Source: Raphidiopsis brookii D9 (GTDB lineage Bacteria > Cyanobacteriota > Cyanobacteriia > Cyanobacteriales > Nostocaceae). From it: a DNA stretch of 32,000 nt. Below the pieces are notes generated by a model. It saw only the letters and a list, made by a program, of their open reading frames with translations. It was not told the origin of the DNA and made no database searches. The translations under genes and the position numbers were made by a program. The DNA lies in NCBI GenBank assembly GCA_000175855.1, contig ACYB01000019.1:54084-86083 (forward strand). The letters are read 5' to 3'. Positions 19,501 to 28,407 of this stretch are shown here, piece by piece (position 1 is the first letter of the stretch; every line of letters begins with the position of its first letter).

Positions 19501-20616
19501 ATGTATTTACAATCTTTAGAGCTGCGCAACTTTCGCAATTACCAAGAACAAAAAGTTGAGTTTACAGCACCTAAAACTATCTTGGTTGGTAATAACGCTC
19601 AGGGAAAATCTAATTTATTGGAGTCAGTAGAATTACTAGCTACATTGCGATCGCATCGTTTAGGCAAAGATAGTGATTTTATTCAGGAAGGTCAAGACAT
19701 GGCGCGAATCAATGCCATATTAGACCGGACAACGGGAATTAGTAATTTAACCCTGAATTTGCGTCGGAATAGTCGTCGCACGGTGGCAATTAATGGTGAA
19801 ACAGTGCGTAGACAAATGGATTTTCTGGGCATTTTAAATGCTGTCGAATTTTCTAGTTTAGACTTAGAATTAGTTAGGGGTAGTCCCGCCATTCGTCGGA
19901 GTTGGCTAGACACTCTGTTAGTACAGTTGGAACCCGTCTATGCCCATATTTTGCATCAATATAACCAGGTTCTGCGTCAACGTAATGCGTTTTTAAAAAC
20001 CATTCAACAGAAGGGAATCAAAAATCATGATTCTGAATTAGCAATTTGGGATGCCCAGTTAGTTACTACGGGAACAAAAGTTATGAGAAGGCGAAATAGG
20101 GCAATTCAGAGACTTGGTCCCATTGCAACACATTGGCATTCTAGTATCAGTGGTAAAATGGAAAAACTAGAGATAAATTATATGCCCAATGTGCCAATAC
20201 TAATAGATGAACAACAGGAATTACTACAATTTTTTTTGGACAGAGTGCAAGAGCATTCTGCTATAGAATCATATCGAGGTACAACTTTAGTTGGACCTCA
20301 CCGAGACGAAATAGAATTAGTAGTTAATGGAACTCCCGCTCGTCAATATGCTTCCCAGGGTCAGCAGCGTACATTGGTTTTAGCCTTAAAACTGGCGGAA
20401 TTACAGTTAATTGAAGAAGTGGTTAATGACACTCCCTTATTATTATTAGATGATGTTTTAGCCGAATTGGATCTTTCACGCCAAAATCAACTATTGGATG
20501 CTATTCAAGACAGGTTTCAGACATTAATTACCACCACCCATTTAGGAGCATTCGATGCTCAATGGTTAAATTCCTCACAAATTCTTTTTGTCAAATGTGG
20601 GTCTATTTCCCAATAG
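19501..20616 (+). CDS. recF: DNA replication and repair protein RecF
   Basis: MYLQSLELRNFRNY.., Walker A GNNAQGKSNLLE, signature ASQGQQRTLVLALKLAE, Walker B LLLLDDVLAELD. Confidence 0.9.
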   Translation: MYLQSLELRNFRNYQEQKVEFTAPKTILVGNNAQGKSNLLESVELLATLRSHRLGKDSDFIQEGQDMARINAILDRTTGISNLTLNLRRNSRRTVAINGETVRRQMDFLGILNAVEFSSLDLELVRGSPAIRRSWLDTLLVQLEPVYAHILHQYNQVLRQRNAFLKTIQQKGIKNHDSELAIWDAQLVTTGTKVMRRRNRAIQRLGPIATHWHSSISGKMEKLEINYMPNVPILIDEQQELLQFFLDRVQEHSAIESYRGTTLVGPHRDEIELVVNGTPARQYASQGQQRTLVLALKLAELQLIEEVVNDTPLLLLDDVLAELDLSRQNQLLDAIQDRFQTLITTTHLGAFDAQWLNSSQILFVKCGSISQ

Positions 20617-20677
20617 GAATTGGATAGGAATTCATAGTACACTCTTTGATGGTGAGGATGGTGACTTTAACAGTAAT

Positions 20678-23098
20678 TTAACCACTAAGAAGACCTATTA
20701 TTCTATCCTCTGTAGAACATCCTTCAATCAGTTCCCGAAAATAGTCATTTAATGACCTCTCACGGCTGATTGTTTGCAGAATAATTCTATCATTTTGAAA
20801 ATGATTAATTACTGCTTGCGCCAATGCAATTTCCTGGGAACCAGTTTGACAGAAGTTATTATTGTAAGCACGAAAAGTCAAGAGATAAATTAGGGATAAA
20901 AAAGCATTCTGCTTATATTGAGGATCCAAGTCTTGATAATTTCTACTGAGTAAATAATTAAGAATTTTTATAAAGTGTTCCTGATAATTTAGAGAGATTG
21001 AAGCAACATTAAAATCAAAATTATAGTACCAAAGTAAAATTCTGCCATATCCCCATAGATATTTTTCCAGATTATACATGGAATCAAATAACATGAAATA
21101 CCTATCCTGCAATTCTTGACTTACTGCAATTCTAGAGAAACACTGTAGATACTCATTTGATAAACCGTTATCATACCTGGTATAAAGACATCTTAATTGG
21201 GATAGAGAAAATAATCGATCTAATAGCAGATTCTGCGAACATATATATTGGGAGAATCGATACAATTTGCCAGTGAAAATTATTAAACTAAGCAGTAAAC
21301 CTCTTTCATAAGAATTTAGTCTTCTTCTATGGCGATCGCATGCAGAAAACACTTTAGATATTAAATTAATCATTCTATGGAGTTGAGCATTTTCCAACTG
21401 TTGGGCCAACAGAGTAACATTGGGATCATGGGATGAGATATCTACAAACTGTAGTAAATCAGGTTGTTGACTTAGGCATTGATAAGCATTTCTAAAACTA
21501 GCAGTTAACTCCTCATACTGATTCCTAGATTGATCCAGTCCAGTGGCAATTGCATTTAAATAAGTGGGGAAATCTTGAAACCTATGATTAACTGTCAATC
21601 GCCCAATTTGGGATAAAGATCTTTGTTGACGATTTTGATTAATGTTTTCAGGTGGAATATAACTGTAAAATGTACTTTCACTATGTCTATCCACCAAACT
21701 AGTTTGAATAATGTACTGATTATCCAAATCCCTAACGATCAATTTAGGAAAAGATCCTGGTTGTAAACGAAAATTAATCTGAACTAAAATCTCTTGAGGA
21801 TTTTCATTATCTTCATAGTTTTGAATTTCAATTTTATAGTCTTGAGGAATACCATTTATGCAGTAATCACTATCATTTACCCTGATAGGTAATTTGGCAA
21901 TTCTTGTCCCACTGGGAATTCTCATAAAATCCTGATTTCTATTAGGAATACTTCCCACTAATACCGTTTCTCTCCCCTCAAAAGAAATAGCATCTCTTTC
22001 CTCCGATAGTTGAATCCAGACCTCCTGATTATCAATAGCGATAGCAAATTCAATTGTATCCAGATAAATACCAAACAGAGGGAAACCTTGTCTATTTCTA
22101 TCTATCCATAGTTCTGAAAAGTTTTGAATATTGGGTTTAAGCACCATAAACCTAGATAAGTCTTGATCACTTACTTGTGGTCTTAATCTCTCAAAAATAT
22201 TATATTGACCAACTAACACAAACTGATATTGGGAGTACTGATGGGCAATTTGATTGAGTGGAGCAAGATTAATTTGTCGATAAACGACTTCGGCAATGTC
22301 TAATATGCTGACGGTAATTCGTTTATAAAAAATCTCCTGATTATGGTATATTTCAATAATCAAACTGATGGACTTCTCATCAATATGAGATTGAACTATT
22401 TTGAAAAAGTTAATTCTCTGTAAATAATTAGATAAATGGCTAATGGTTTCCAGGTTATTTGACAATTCAGGAAACTGTCTTAAAAAGATTCTTGATATCT
22501 GAGAACATATCTGATTATATATTGCTTGACAATCATAGTTATTACTAAATGGAATTCTATTTCTGGTGTCGAGAATAGGAATTAAATGGGGAGTATTTTC
22601 TTGTCTTTGAAAACTAACAGGAATCAAAGTAGAAGTATCAAAACTGTCCAAATCGACAAATACTAGTGGTTGATAAGATTGACTACGAGCTTGATATTCA
22701 GAAATTTCCCCATAGTGGTTCCAATAATGATAAGCACTAGCATATAAATATCCATCCCTAGATCCAATAATATTACTCATACTCAAAGTCAATAAATCCA
22801 ATGTATCACTGACTATATATAGACGCTCCTTGTCCCCTGTAAATAATTCAATTCCCAGGTGAAGATAATCTGGTTCTTGTGGGTTATCTTGTAGGTGACT
22901 AGTATTAGTAGTTAAATGAGATGGAAGATCATTATTAGCTACTGGTGCAGATAAATAGGGGTAAGCAGAATACCTATCCAAAATCCTAGTTTTATACTCT
23001 TGGCTGGATTGGGGGATTATTGCTTCAGATGTACCTCCAAACTGATGAGCATACTCACAAGCATCAATATAAGATTGCAAATTAAATAACTTAGTCAT
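20678..23098 (-). CDS. Large hypothetical protein (806 aa), last gene of the island; function unknown
   Basis: ATG 23098 preceded by AAGGAA, 14 nt after the PLD stop. N/Q/Y/I-rich. I see no P-loop, HKD, PD-(D/E)xK or other motif. Contains the only perfect HIP1 site in the island (21332-21339). A 37-nt piece of its 3' end recurs at 31356-31392. Confidence 0.7.
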   Translation of the reverse strand: MTKLFNLQSYIDACEYAHQFGGTSEAIIPQSSQEYKTRILDRYSAYPYLSAPVANNDLPSHLTTNTSHLQDNPQEPDYLHLGIELFTGDKERLYIVSDTLDLLTLSMSNIIGSRDGYLYASAYHYWNHYGEISEYQARSQSYQPLVFVDLDSFDTSTLIPVSFQRQENTPHLIPILDTRNRIPFSNNYDCQAIYNQICSQISRIFLRQFPELSNNLETISHLSNYLQRINFFKIVQSHIDEKSISLIIEIYHNQEIFYKRITVSILDIAEVVYRQINLAPLNQIAHQYSQYQFVLVGQYNIFERLRPQVSDQDLSRFMVLKPNIQNFSELWIDRNRQGFPLFGIYLDTIEFAIAIDNQEVWIQLSEERDAISFEGRETVLVGSIPNRNQDFMRIPSGTRIAKLPIRVNDSDYCINGIPQDYKIEIQNYEDNENPQEILVQINFRLQPGSFPKLIVRDLDNQYIIQTSLVDRHSESTFYSYIPPENINQNRQQRSLSQIGRLTVNHRFQDFPTYLNAIATGLDQSRNQYEELTASFRNAYQCLSQQPDLLQFVDISSHDPNVTLLAQQLENAQLHRMINLISKVFSACDRHRRRLNSYERGLLLSLIIFTGKLYRFSQYICSQNLLLDRLFSLSQLRCLYTRYDNGLSNEYLQCFSRIAVSQELQDRYFMLFDSMYNLEKYLWGYGRILLWYYNFDFNVASISLNYQEHFIKILNYLLSRNYQDLDPQYKQNAFLSLIYLLTFRAYNNNFCQTGSQEIALAQAVINHFQNDRIILQTISRERSLNDYFRELIEGCSTEDRIIGLLSG

Positions 23099-23112
23099 TG
23101 GTTTTTGTTCCT

Positions 23113-24291
23113 TTATCGTAATAAGTAAAGTTGGTTAATAAGTTGGTTAATTTTATTAACATCAGTGGTTTTATACATTAAATCATATAGGGTCGAATTA
23201 GAGTTAGAATTATAATATGAATTAAAACTAAAATTAATTCCCCCGATATAAGCTACTCGATTGCCTAAGATGGTAATCTTAGCATGGAGATTATCAACAG
23301 CGTGAAAGTTCTCAAGATTAAATCTTTCGATATAAAACCTTCGATTGTTTTCAGATACACTAGAATTAATAAAAACACTGGTATTTGAATTTAGATAAAC
23401 TGCCATTTCCTGTGAAGGTTTGAAATCACGACTGTAAATTCTGACCTCCATATCTCGTGGAAGATTGCGCCAATTTTCGACCACGTCCCTTTGATATTGC
23501 GCTGGAGTTAAAAAGTTTGATTCTACGGAAAATTCAGCGCCATATCTCTTTTGGGGAGAATACATCACAGAACGTAATCTAAAACCGCAACCGTTAGGCT
23601 CAGGAAAGACTTGATATTTGCTCCGGGTGTACCAAAAAGTTTGAAAAAAATTAATCAAATTTTGATGTTCAAAATTATTACTAAAAATTATTCCCGCCTC
23701 CTTATTAAAATCTAAACTTCCTCGTGTGAGATTAGAGGAACCTAAATAAGCGGAGCGATCAGAAATATAGGTTTTTAAATGAAAAGCACCACTCCGAATA
23801 GATACATTACTATTCAACAGCATTTTCAAACAAGATTTTTTCCGTTCATCACTTATTCTATATCTTTCTGGAATGCTAATATGTTCTAATATCTGTTCAT
23901 CAATACGATCTAAAAGCTCATTGTTCAAATCTGTTAAAATCCAGACTCCTTTTGGTAACTCTAATGATTTTTGACAAATTAATTCTGTTAATTCTTCATC
24001 CTCTATAATATAACTAGAGACCAGTAGAAATTCACTAGCTTCCTGAATGATTTTGTAAATAGTATCCCGACTTTTACCATGATTTCTACCATTATGAATT
24101 ACAAATTCAAATTGGGAACCATGGGTAGTATCTGGTTGTAATTCACTGGGTAAGTTTATGGTTGGATATATGTGACGCTCATGTCTTGACCGATATTGTT
24201 CGACTAAATAACTAACATCCTCTGACAAAGTTGATATGTGGTCTTGCTGGGTATTATCTCTTATATGACTATCTTCATTTAAGCGCAGCAA
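23113..24291 (-). CDS. Phospholipase D (HKD)-family nuclease-like protein, two PLD repeats
   Basis: First motif HLKTYISDRSAYLGSSN (His codon 23779-23781) fits HxK(x)4D..GSxN. Second motif HAKITILGNRVAYIGGIN has HxK but Gly in place of Asp. The track start is TTG, and there is no in-frame ATG until residue 157. Confidence 0.8.
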   Translation of the reverse strand: MLRLNEDSHIRDNTQQDHISTLSEDVSYLVEQYRSRHERHIYPTINLPSELQPDTTHGSQFEFVIHNGRNHGKSRDTIYKIIQEASEFLLVSSYIIEDEELTELICQKSLELPKGVWILTDLNNELLDRIDEQILEHISIPERYRISDERKKSCLKMLLNSNVSIRSGAFHLKTYISDRSAYLGSSNLTRGSLDFNKEAGIIFSNNFEHQNLINFFQTFWYTRSKYQVFPEPNGCGFRLRSVMYSPQKRYGAEFSVESNFLTPAQYQRDVVENWRNLPRDMEVRIYSRDFKPSQEMAVYLNSNTSVFINSSVSENNRRFYIERFNLENFHAVDNLHAKITILGNRVAYIGGINFSFNSYYNSNSNSTLYDLMYKTTDVNKINQLINQLYLLR

Positions 24292-24397
24292 TGTAATAGC
24301 AGATCTTAAGGTTAAAGATAATTCGTCTACAGAAATCCAAATCTTGACTTTTTGATGAGTTTCATTTGATAGATAACAATCCCAATTGATAAAAAAA

Positions 24398-24949
24398 TTA
24401 ACTCAATTCATGAGATTTTAAAGCATAATCTATTTTTTCAATATCAGATAATTTTTGCCAGTATTGCCAACTATTATTCCATATTATCTGTATAAAATCT
24501 AAGTTTAGATCTGGATAGTTAGGTTCTGAAATTGTTATAATGTAACTTCCCATCTGTTCACAAACATCACTTGAAAAAACTGGGAGTTGTGGATCCCTAG
24601 GTGTTAGATTCAGATTTCCCTGTTCACAGATAAAATTATAGGCATATTGATAAATATCCAAGTTATCCAATTGAGATTTTAGGGGTTTTAATAATTTCAG
24701 AGGTGGTACTTGGTAAATATCACTTTCCTTAGTAACACCACGGGAATTCTTGCATAAGTTAATTAGCACCGGTTCCGGAATGAAATCTAACCCAAAAGAC
24801 TGACGTAACAATTGAGGTGTTCTGCGGTGATATCGTGTTCCTATTGCTTGTACCTCATGGATTAAATGGTTTAAAGTCCTGGGTATAACTTCTGTTGCAT
24901 TTAACAGTGACCTTGCAAATTTTCCCGATAGTTCAATTTGAATTTTCAT
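24398..24949 (-). CDS. Hypothetical protein (183 aa)
   Basis: ATG-initiated ORF on the same strand as the island genes, with about 105-125 nt gaps on either side. No recognisable motif. Confidence 0.5.
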   Translation of the reverse strand: MKIQIELSGKFARSLLNATEVIPRTLNHLIHEVQAIGTRYHRRTPQLLRQSFGLDFIPEPVLINLCKNSRGVTKESDIYQVPPLKLLKPLKSQLDNLDIYQYAYNFICEQGNLNLTPRDPQLPVFSSDVCEQMGSYIITISEPNYPDLNLDFIQIIWNNSWQYWQKLSDIEKIDYALKSHELS

Positions 24950-25073
24950 ATTTTCAAGTTGGTTTTTTAAGTTGGTCTTGTGAGTTACTTATAGACTATT
25001 GAAATTAGTTGTCGATTAAGCATATGGGTCACAAACTGGAATCTAGATATAATAACATAAATGAGATCATAAC

Positions 25074-26787
25074 CTAAATAACAACTTGAGTTTCTATAGA
25101 TAAAGAGGATTGATATAATAGTGATCTGATGGGAGAACGAGATTCCTGCCATAAAACATGATCACCAACTAAAAATAGCTGATCTTTTGCTCTTGTCAGT
25201 GCTATGTTAATATCTTCCAAGGCAATATTGTTAGGACCACCAGAACAAGCAGTCATACAATTCACAATGATAATTCTTCTTTCCGCACCACTCCATTCTT
25301 TGGCTGTACCAATAAATATGGGACTAAATTGAGGATGGTTTGCAGTTAAAACCTCCCTGAGATTATCTCTCTGTGTTTCAGAAAATGTAATGATGCCAAT
25401 TTCCGAGATAATTTCTGAACTCAGAGTCTGAGTCAAGTTTTCTACGAGTTCGTAAATTTTCTCTCCGACTGATTGACTTACCGTCAACCTTTCAGACATA
25501 TTTTTCCAAGTTACTCCCCTGGCAATTTGACTCAGATTAGAAACATTATAATCAATATTGGGGTAATGAGTATATACCCAATGATCACAAATAACAGGAT
25601 AAACTGTCTCAGCTATTTTTGGATGTAGTCTAAACTGTTCTCGCAATTTGTAAACATAAGCTGGAGACAAGTTTTCTTGCAACCATTGAAAACAGTTAAA
25701 AAACTTACCGGAAAAAAGAATTTCTTCTAGAATTATGATTTTCTTGATGTTGTTGTATGTGTGAATAACATGAAAAATATCTTCTGGGGATATCCTCACC
25801 AAATAACACCAGTTTTTGACACAATCCTGATAAAAAGATTAATTCTCTCCAATTCAGAAGATTCGCTTCCTCCACTATGATCAAATCAAAATCACTATCC
25901 CATAAAGGTTTATTTTCCAGTTGCATAAAGTCAGAAACAGTTCCCATAATAGTCACCTGCGGATTTGCCACAAGTTGATTGGCAAGTTCTTCAATTTCTA
26001 CTTCCGAAAGATTGTTATAAATTTGCATCAATCTTAACTGCTCTTGAAGAAAAGGTAATAATTGCTGGAGACGATGGGCCAATAATTGTAACCGGGGCTC
26101 TGCTAGATGGGCAAATTCTGTAAATTCGGATCGTAATATTTCCATTATTTGCTCATTTGTTTTATCTACAATTTCTGGCAATAATGTCTCTAATATAGCT
26201 GGTGTTCTCAACTTGGCTAATTCTCCGTCTGGTAATAAATATAATGGCAAATAGTCCATTCTTGTTCGCGCCAAATTATGCAGGATATGATCCCGTAACT
26301 GATTTACCATCCGTTGAGAATAATTTTCTTGTTGAGACAATAAAAATGGATAAGTTGTGAGATTGTAATAGGGGTTTAAAGATGCCAAATTATGAGCTAA
26401 AATCAAAACCTTATAGGAACAGTCTATAGCAGCTTGGACAAGATTTTTGGCAATAGCAGTTTTTCCCGTTGCTGCTGTTCCAGAAATCAGAGTAATAGGG
26501 CTATTGGAAAGGGCCATTTCTAGCGCTATTTGTTGACTTGCACTGAGAAAGGTTTTATATTTAATGGAAGGAAAGTTTAAAGATGCTCTCTTCTGTGAAT
26601 AATATCCTTGGTTACATAGTGTTTCGATGATTAAATTTGTGGGTAATGATGGAGAGTTATAAATATAGTTATAAATTTCGACCAGTTTTTCCGATTGTGC
26701 TTGGCTAATTGGTGAAATTTCATCTGATTCATATATTAAATTTTGTAATTGCTGTCGTAAGTTTTGTCTAGTAATTCTATTAGTCAT
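25074..26787 (-). pseudogene. Superfamily-1 helicase, Upf1/DNA2 (AAA_11/AAA_12)-like, split by a frameshift
   Basis: Track ORFs 25705..26787 and 25074..25802 overlap by 98 nt in different frames. The N part has Walker A GTAATGKT (26458-26481) and Walker B DLIIVEEA. The C part has LREQFRLHPKI (YRMHP-like), TAKEWSGAERRIIIV (QG.E-like) and NIALTRAKDQLFLVGD. Its start overlaps the stop of the 125-aa ORF (ATGA). Confidence 0.8.
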
Positions 26788-27161
26788 AATGTAAATCCTC
26801 CAACTACTTCAATTAAGGTATTAAAAATTATTTCCACTGTTTGAGAAAATCCCTGTTCTGTAAAATTCTCAGGTAACTTTACCAATCTCAAGTTGGGGAA
26901 TAGTTCCTCATAGCTTGGACTATCATCTAGACTATAATTTTGAGTGTGATCTTGTAAATATAAGACTATTGCTCCGGCGAATAAACCATTATTTTCTAAT
27001 TCCTGATTCCTTAAATTATGCAAATAATAATAACCCATTTGATTGATTACATCTCGACTGGGAAGATACCAAAATACCCAGATAGGAAATTGTAACTTAT
27101 TGGAATTTAGCTCCATGGAATCTAGCTGATGAATTTCTAAAGTCAACATCCAATCACCCAT
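26784..27161 (-). CDS. Hypothetical 125-aa ORF (possibly the detached C-terminal part of the McrC-like gene)
   Basis: ATG 27161, with no convincing RBS. Its reading frame is open upstream to 27218 and overlaps the end of the preceding fragment. Its stop overlaps the helicase start. Confidence 0.45.
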   Translation of the reverse strand: MGDWMLTLEIHQLDSMELNSNKLQFPIWVFWYLPSRDVINQMGYYYLHNLRNQELENNGLFAGAIVLYLQDHTQNYSLDDSPSYEELFPNLRLVKLPENFTEQGFSQTVEIIFNTLIEVVGGFTL

Positions 27162-27181
27162 TGCTATATTAGACGGTTTTT

Positions 27182-28407
27182 CTAACCCAAATACACAAAC
27201 CCGGGTTTGTAAAACACCCTAACCTTAATATTTTGATCTGGACTTAGATAACGTCCCTGGTCAGGAATTAACTTGCAGCTCACACCTACGGTTGGATCTA
27301 TATTTACCCCTTGTAATCTTAGCAGACCGACTATCAAATAAATATAGATAGCATCTGCCAACAAATAATTTCTAAACCCCACAAATTCTCTTTTTCATGC
27401 TTTTTTCGTATGTATTCCAAATAAGCTTGATAAAAACTCTTGTATATGGTATTTTGCTGTAAAACATAATTTGGCTTGGTGAATTGATAACCTCTGTTTT
27501 GAATAGTCTTAACTGTTGGCAGTTGTTGAAATAAATCAATTACTAATCTGATTTTGTTAATTTGTGATCTAAACTGATTAGCGTTACTTATTTCATATTG
27601 AACACAATTCAAATGGAAAATTCGGGCAAAATAAACCAGGAATTTATTTTCAGGGGTGTTGAAATCTTGATAGCGTTTAATACCCATAAGTTCTTGTTTT
27701 GAACCTGCTTTTTCTTCAGGAGTTGAGCCAGGTCTGCGAATATAATCACGTAAACAATAACTATCCATCTCCTGAATTTTACCCACAGGAATAAGTTCCG
27801 CTTTTCTTGTAAGTTGATGACGCAATCTAGAACCGATTAATTCTAATTTTTGATGCAGTTGATATTTGTTATCTAAACTAATGACAATTGGCAAATTAGC
27901 GTCTTCTATATTTACAGAGTCTAGTTTTTGGGATAGTCCACTCAGTAAAATATTAGCTTCAGAGTTGATCCTAGTTGTTCCACTAGATATATGTGTAAAC
28001 ATGCCAATAAATAACCGGACTAATTCGGATGCTGTTCTATCCAAACGATTTCCTAATCTGTGTTCCCATTCCGGGATTTCCACTTCTTCTTTAATCGTTT
28101 CTAAGTCTAAAACATCAGTAATAGATAAATTATAGCCTTGTCCGGGAATTGCCAAACTTAACACATATCTTAAACTTGCATGATGGTCATGATCATAGTG
28201 TAAATCAGTTGGTTGTAAGTAAGGAAATCCCACCTCATAAATTCCTTGACTAATGGGAATAAACCAAGATGGTAGGGATAGAAGTTCATCTTCATCTAAT
28301 TCCAGTACAAGAATTGGACGGTGACTAGCTTCCAGGGCGAAAATATCTGATATCAGGGGAGATTGATGTTGATTAAGATAAGCAAACAAACTGGGATATA
28401 TTCTCAT
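27182..28407 (-). pseudogene. McrC-like / DUF2357-type partner of the McrB-like NTPase, apparently frameshifted
   Basis: Track ORFs 27334..28407 and 27182..27382 overlap by 49 nt. The start ATG shares one base with the upstream stop (TAATG at 28405-28409). The internal block RYQDFNTPENKFLVYFARIF resembles the (D)TPEN(R)F signature of McrC/DUF2357 proteins. The second fragment contains YLSPDQNIKV, a possible PD motif of a PD-(D/E)xK fold. Confidence 0.6.

Noticed and set aside
13748-19913. Antisense or alternative-frame ORFs inside the phosphohexomutase, transglutaminase-like, P-type ATPase and recF genes (13748..14077, 15081..15323, 15407..15628, 16592..17140, 16936..17163, 17252..17476, 18112..18354, 19692..19913)
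   Set aside because: All lie wholly within better-supported genes on the opposite strand and show low-complexity, shadow-frame composition.
22830-22880. Possible actin/Hsp70-like phosphate-1 motif in the 806-aa protein (LGIELFTGD compared with GIDLGTT)
   Set aside because: The key Asp and Gly residues are not conserved and no second phosphate or adenosine motif follows. The resemblance is too weak to use.
24397-24406. Whether the 183-aa ORF and the PLD gene are one gene split by another frameshift
   Set aside because: The PLD frame opens (after TGA 24403-24405) only 2-3 nt before the 183-aa ORF's TAA (24398-24400). A fusion would need an indel at essentially one specific position, and the nearby T7 run lies after the stop and cannot rescue it. 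They are more likely separate genes with an uncertain PLD start.
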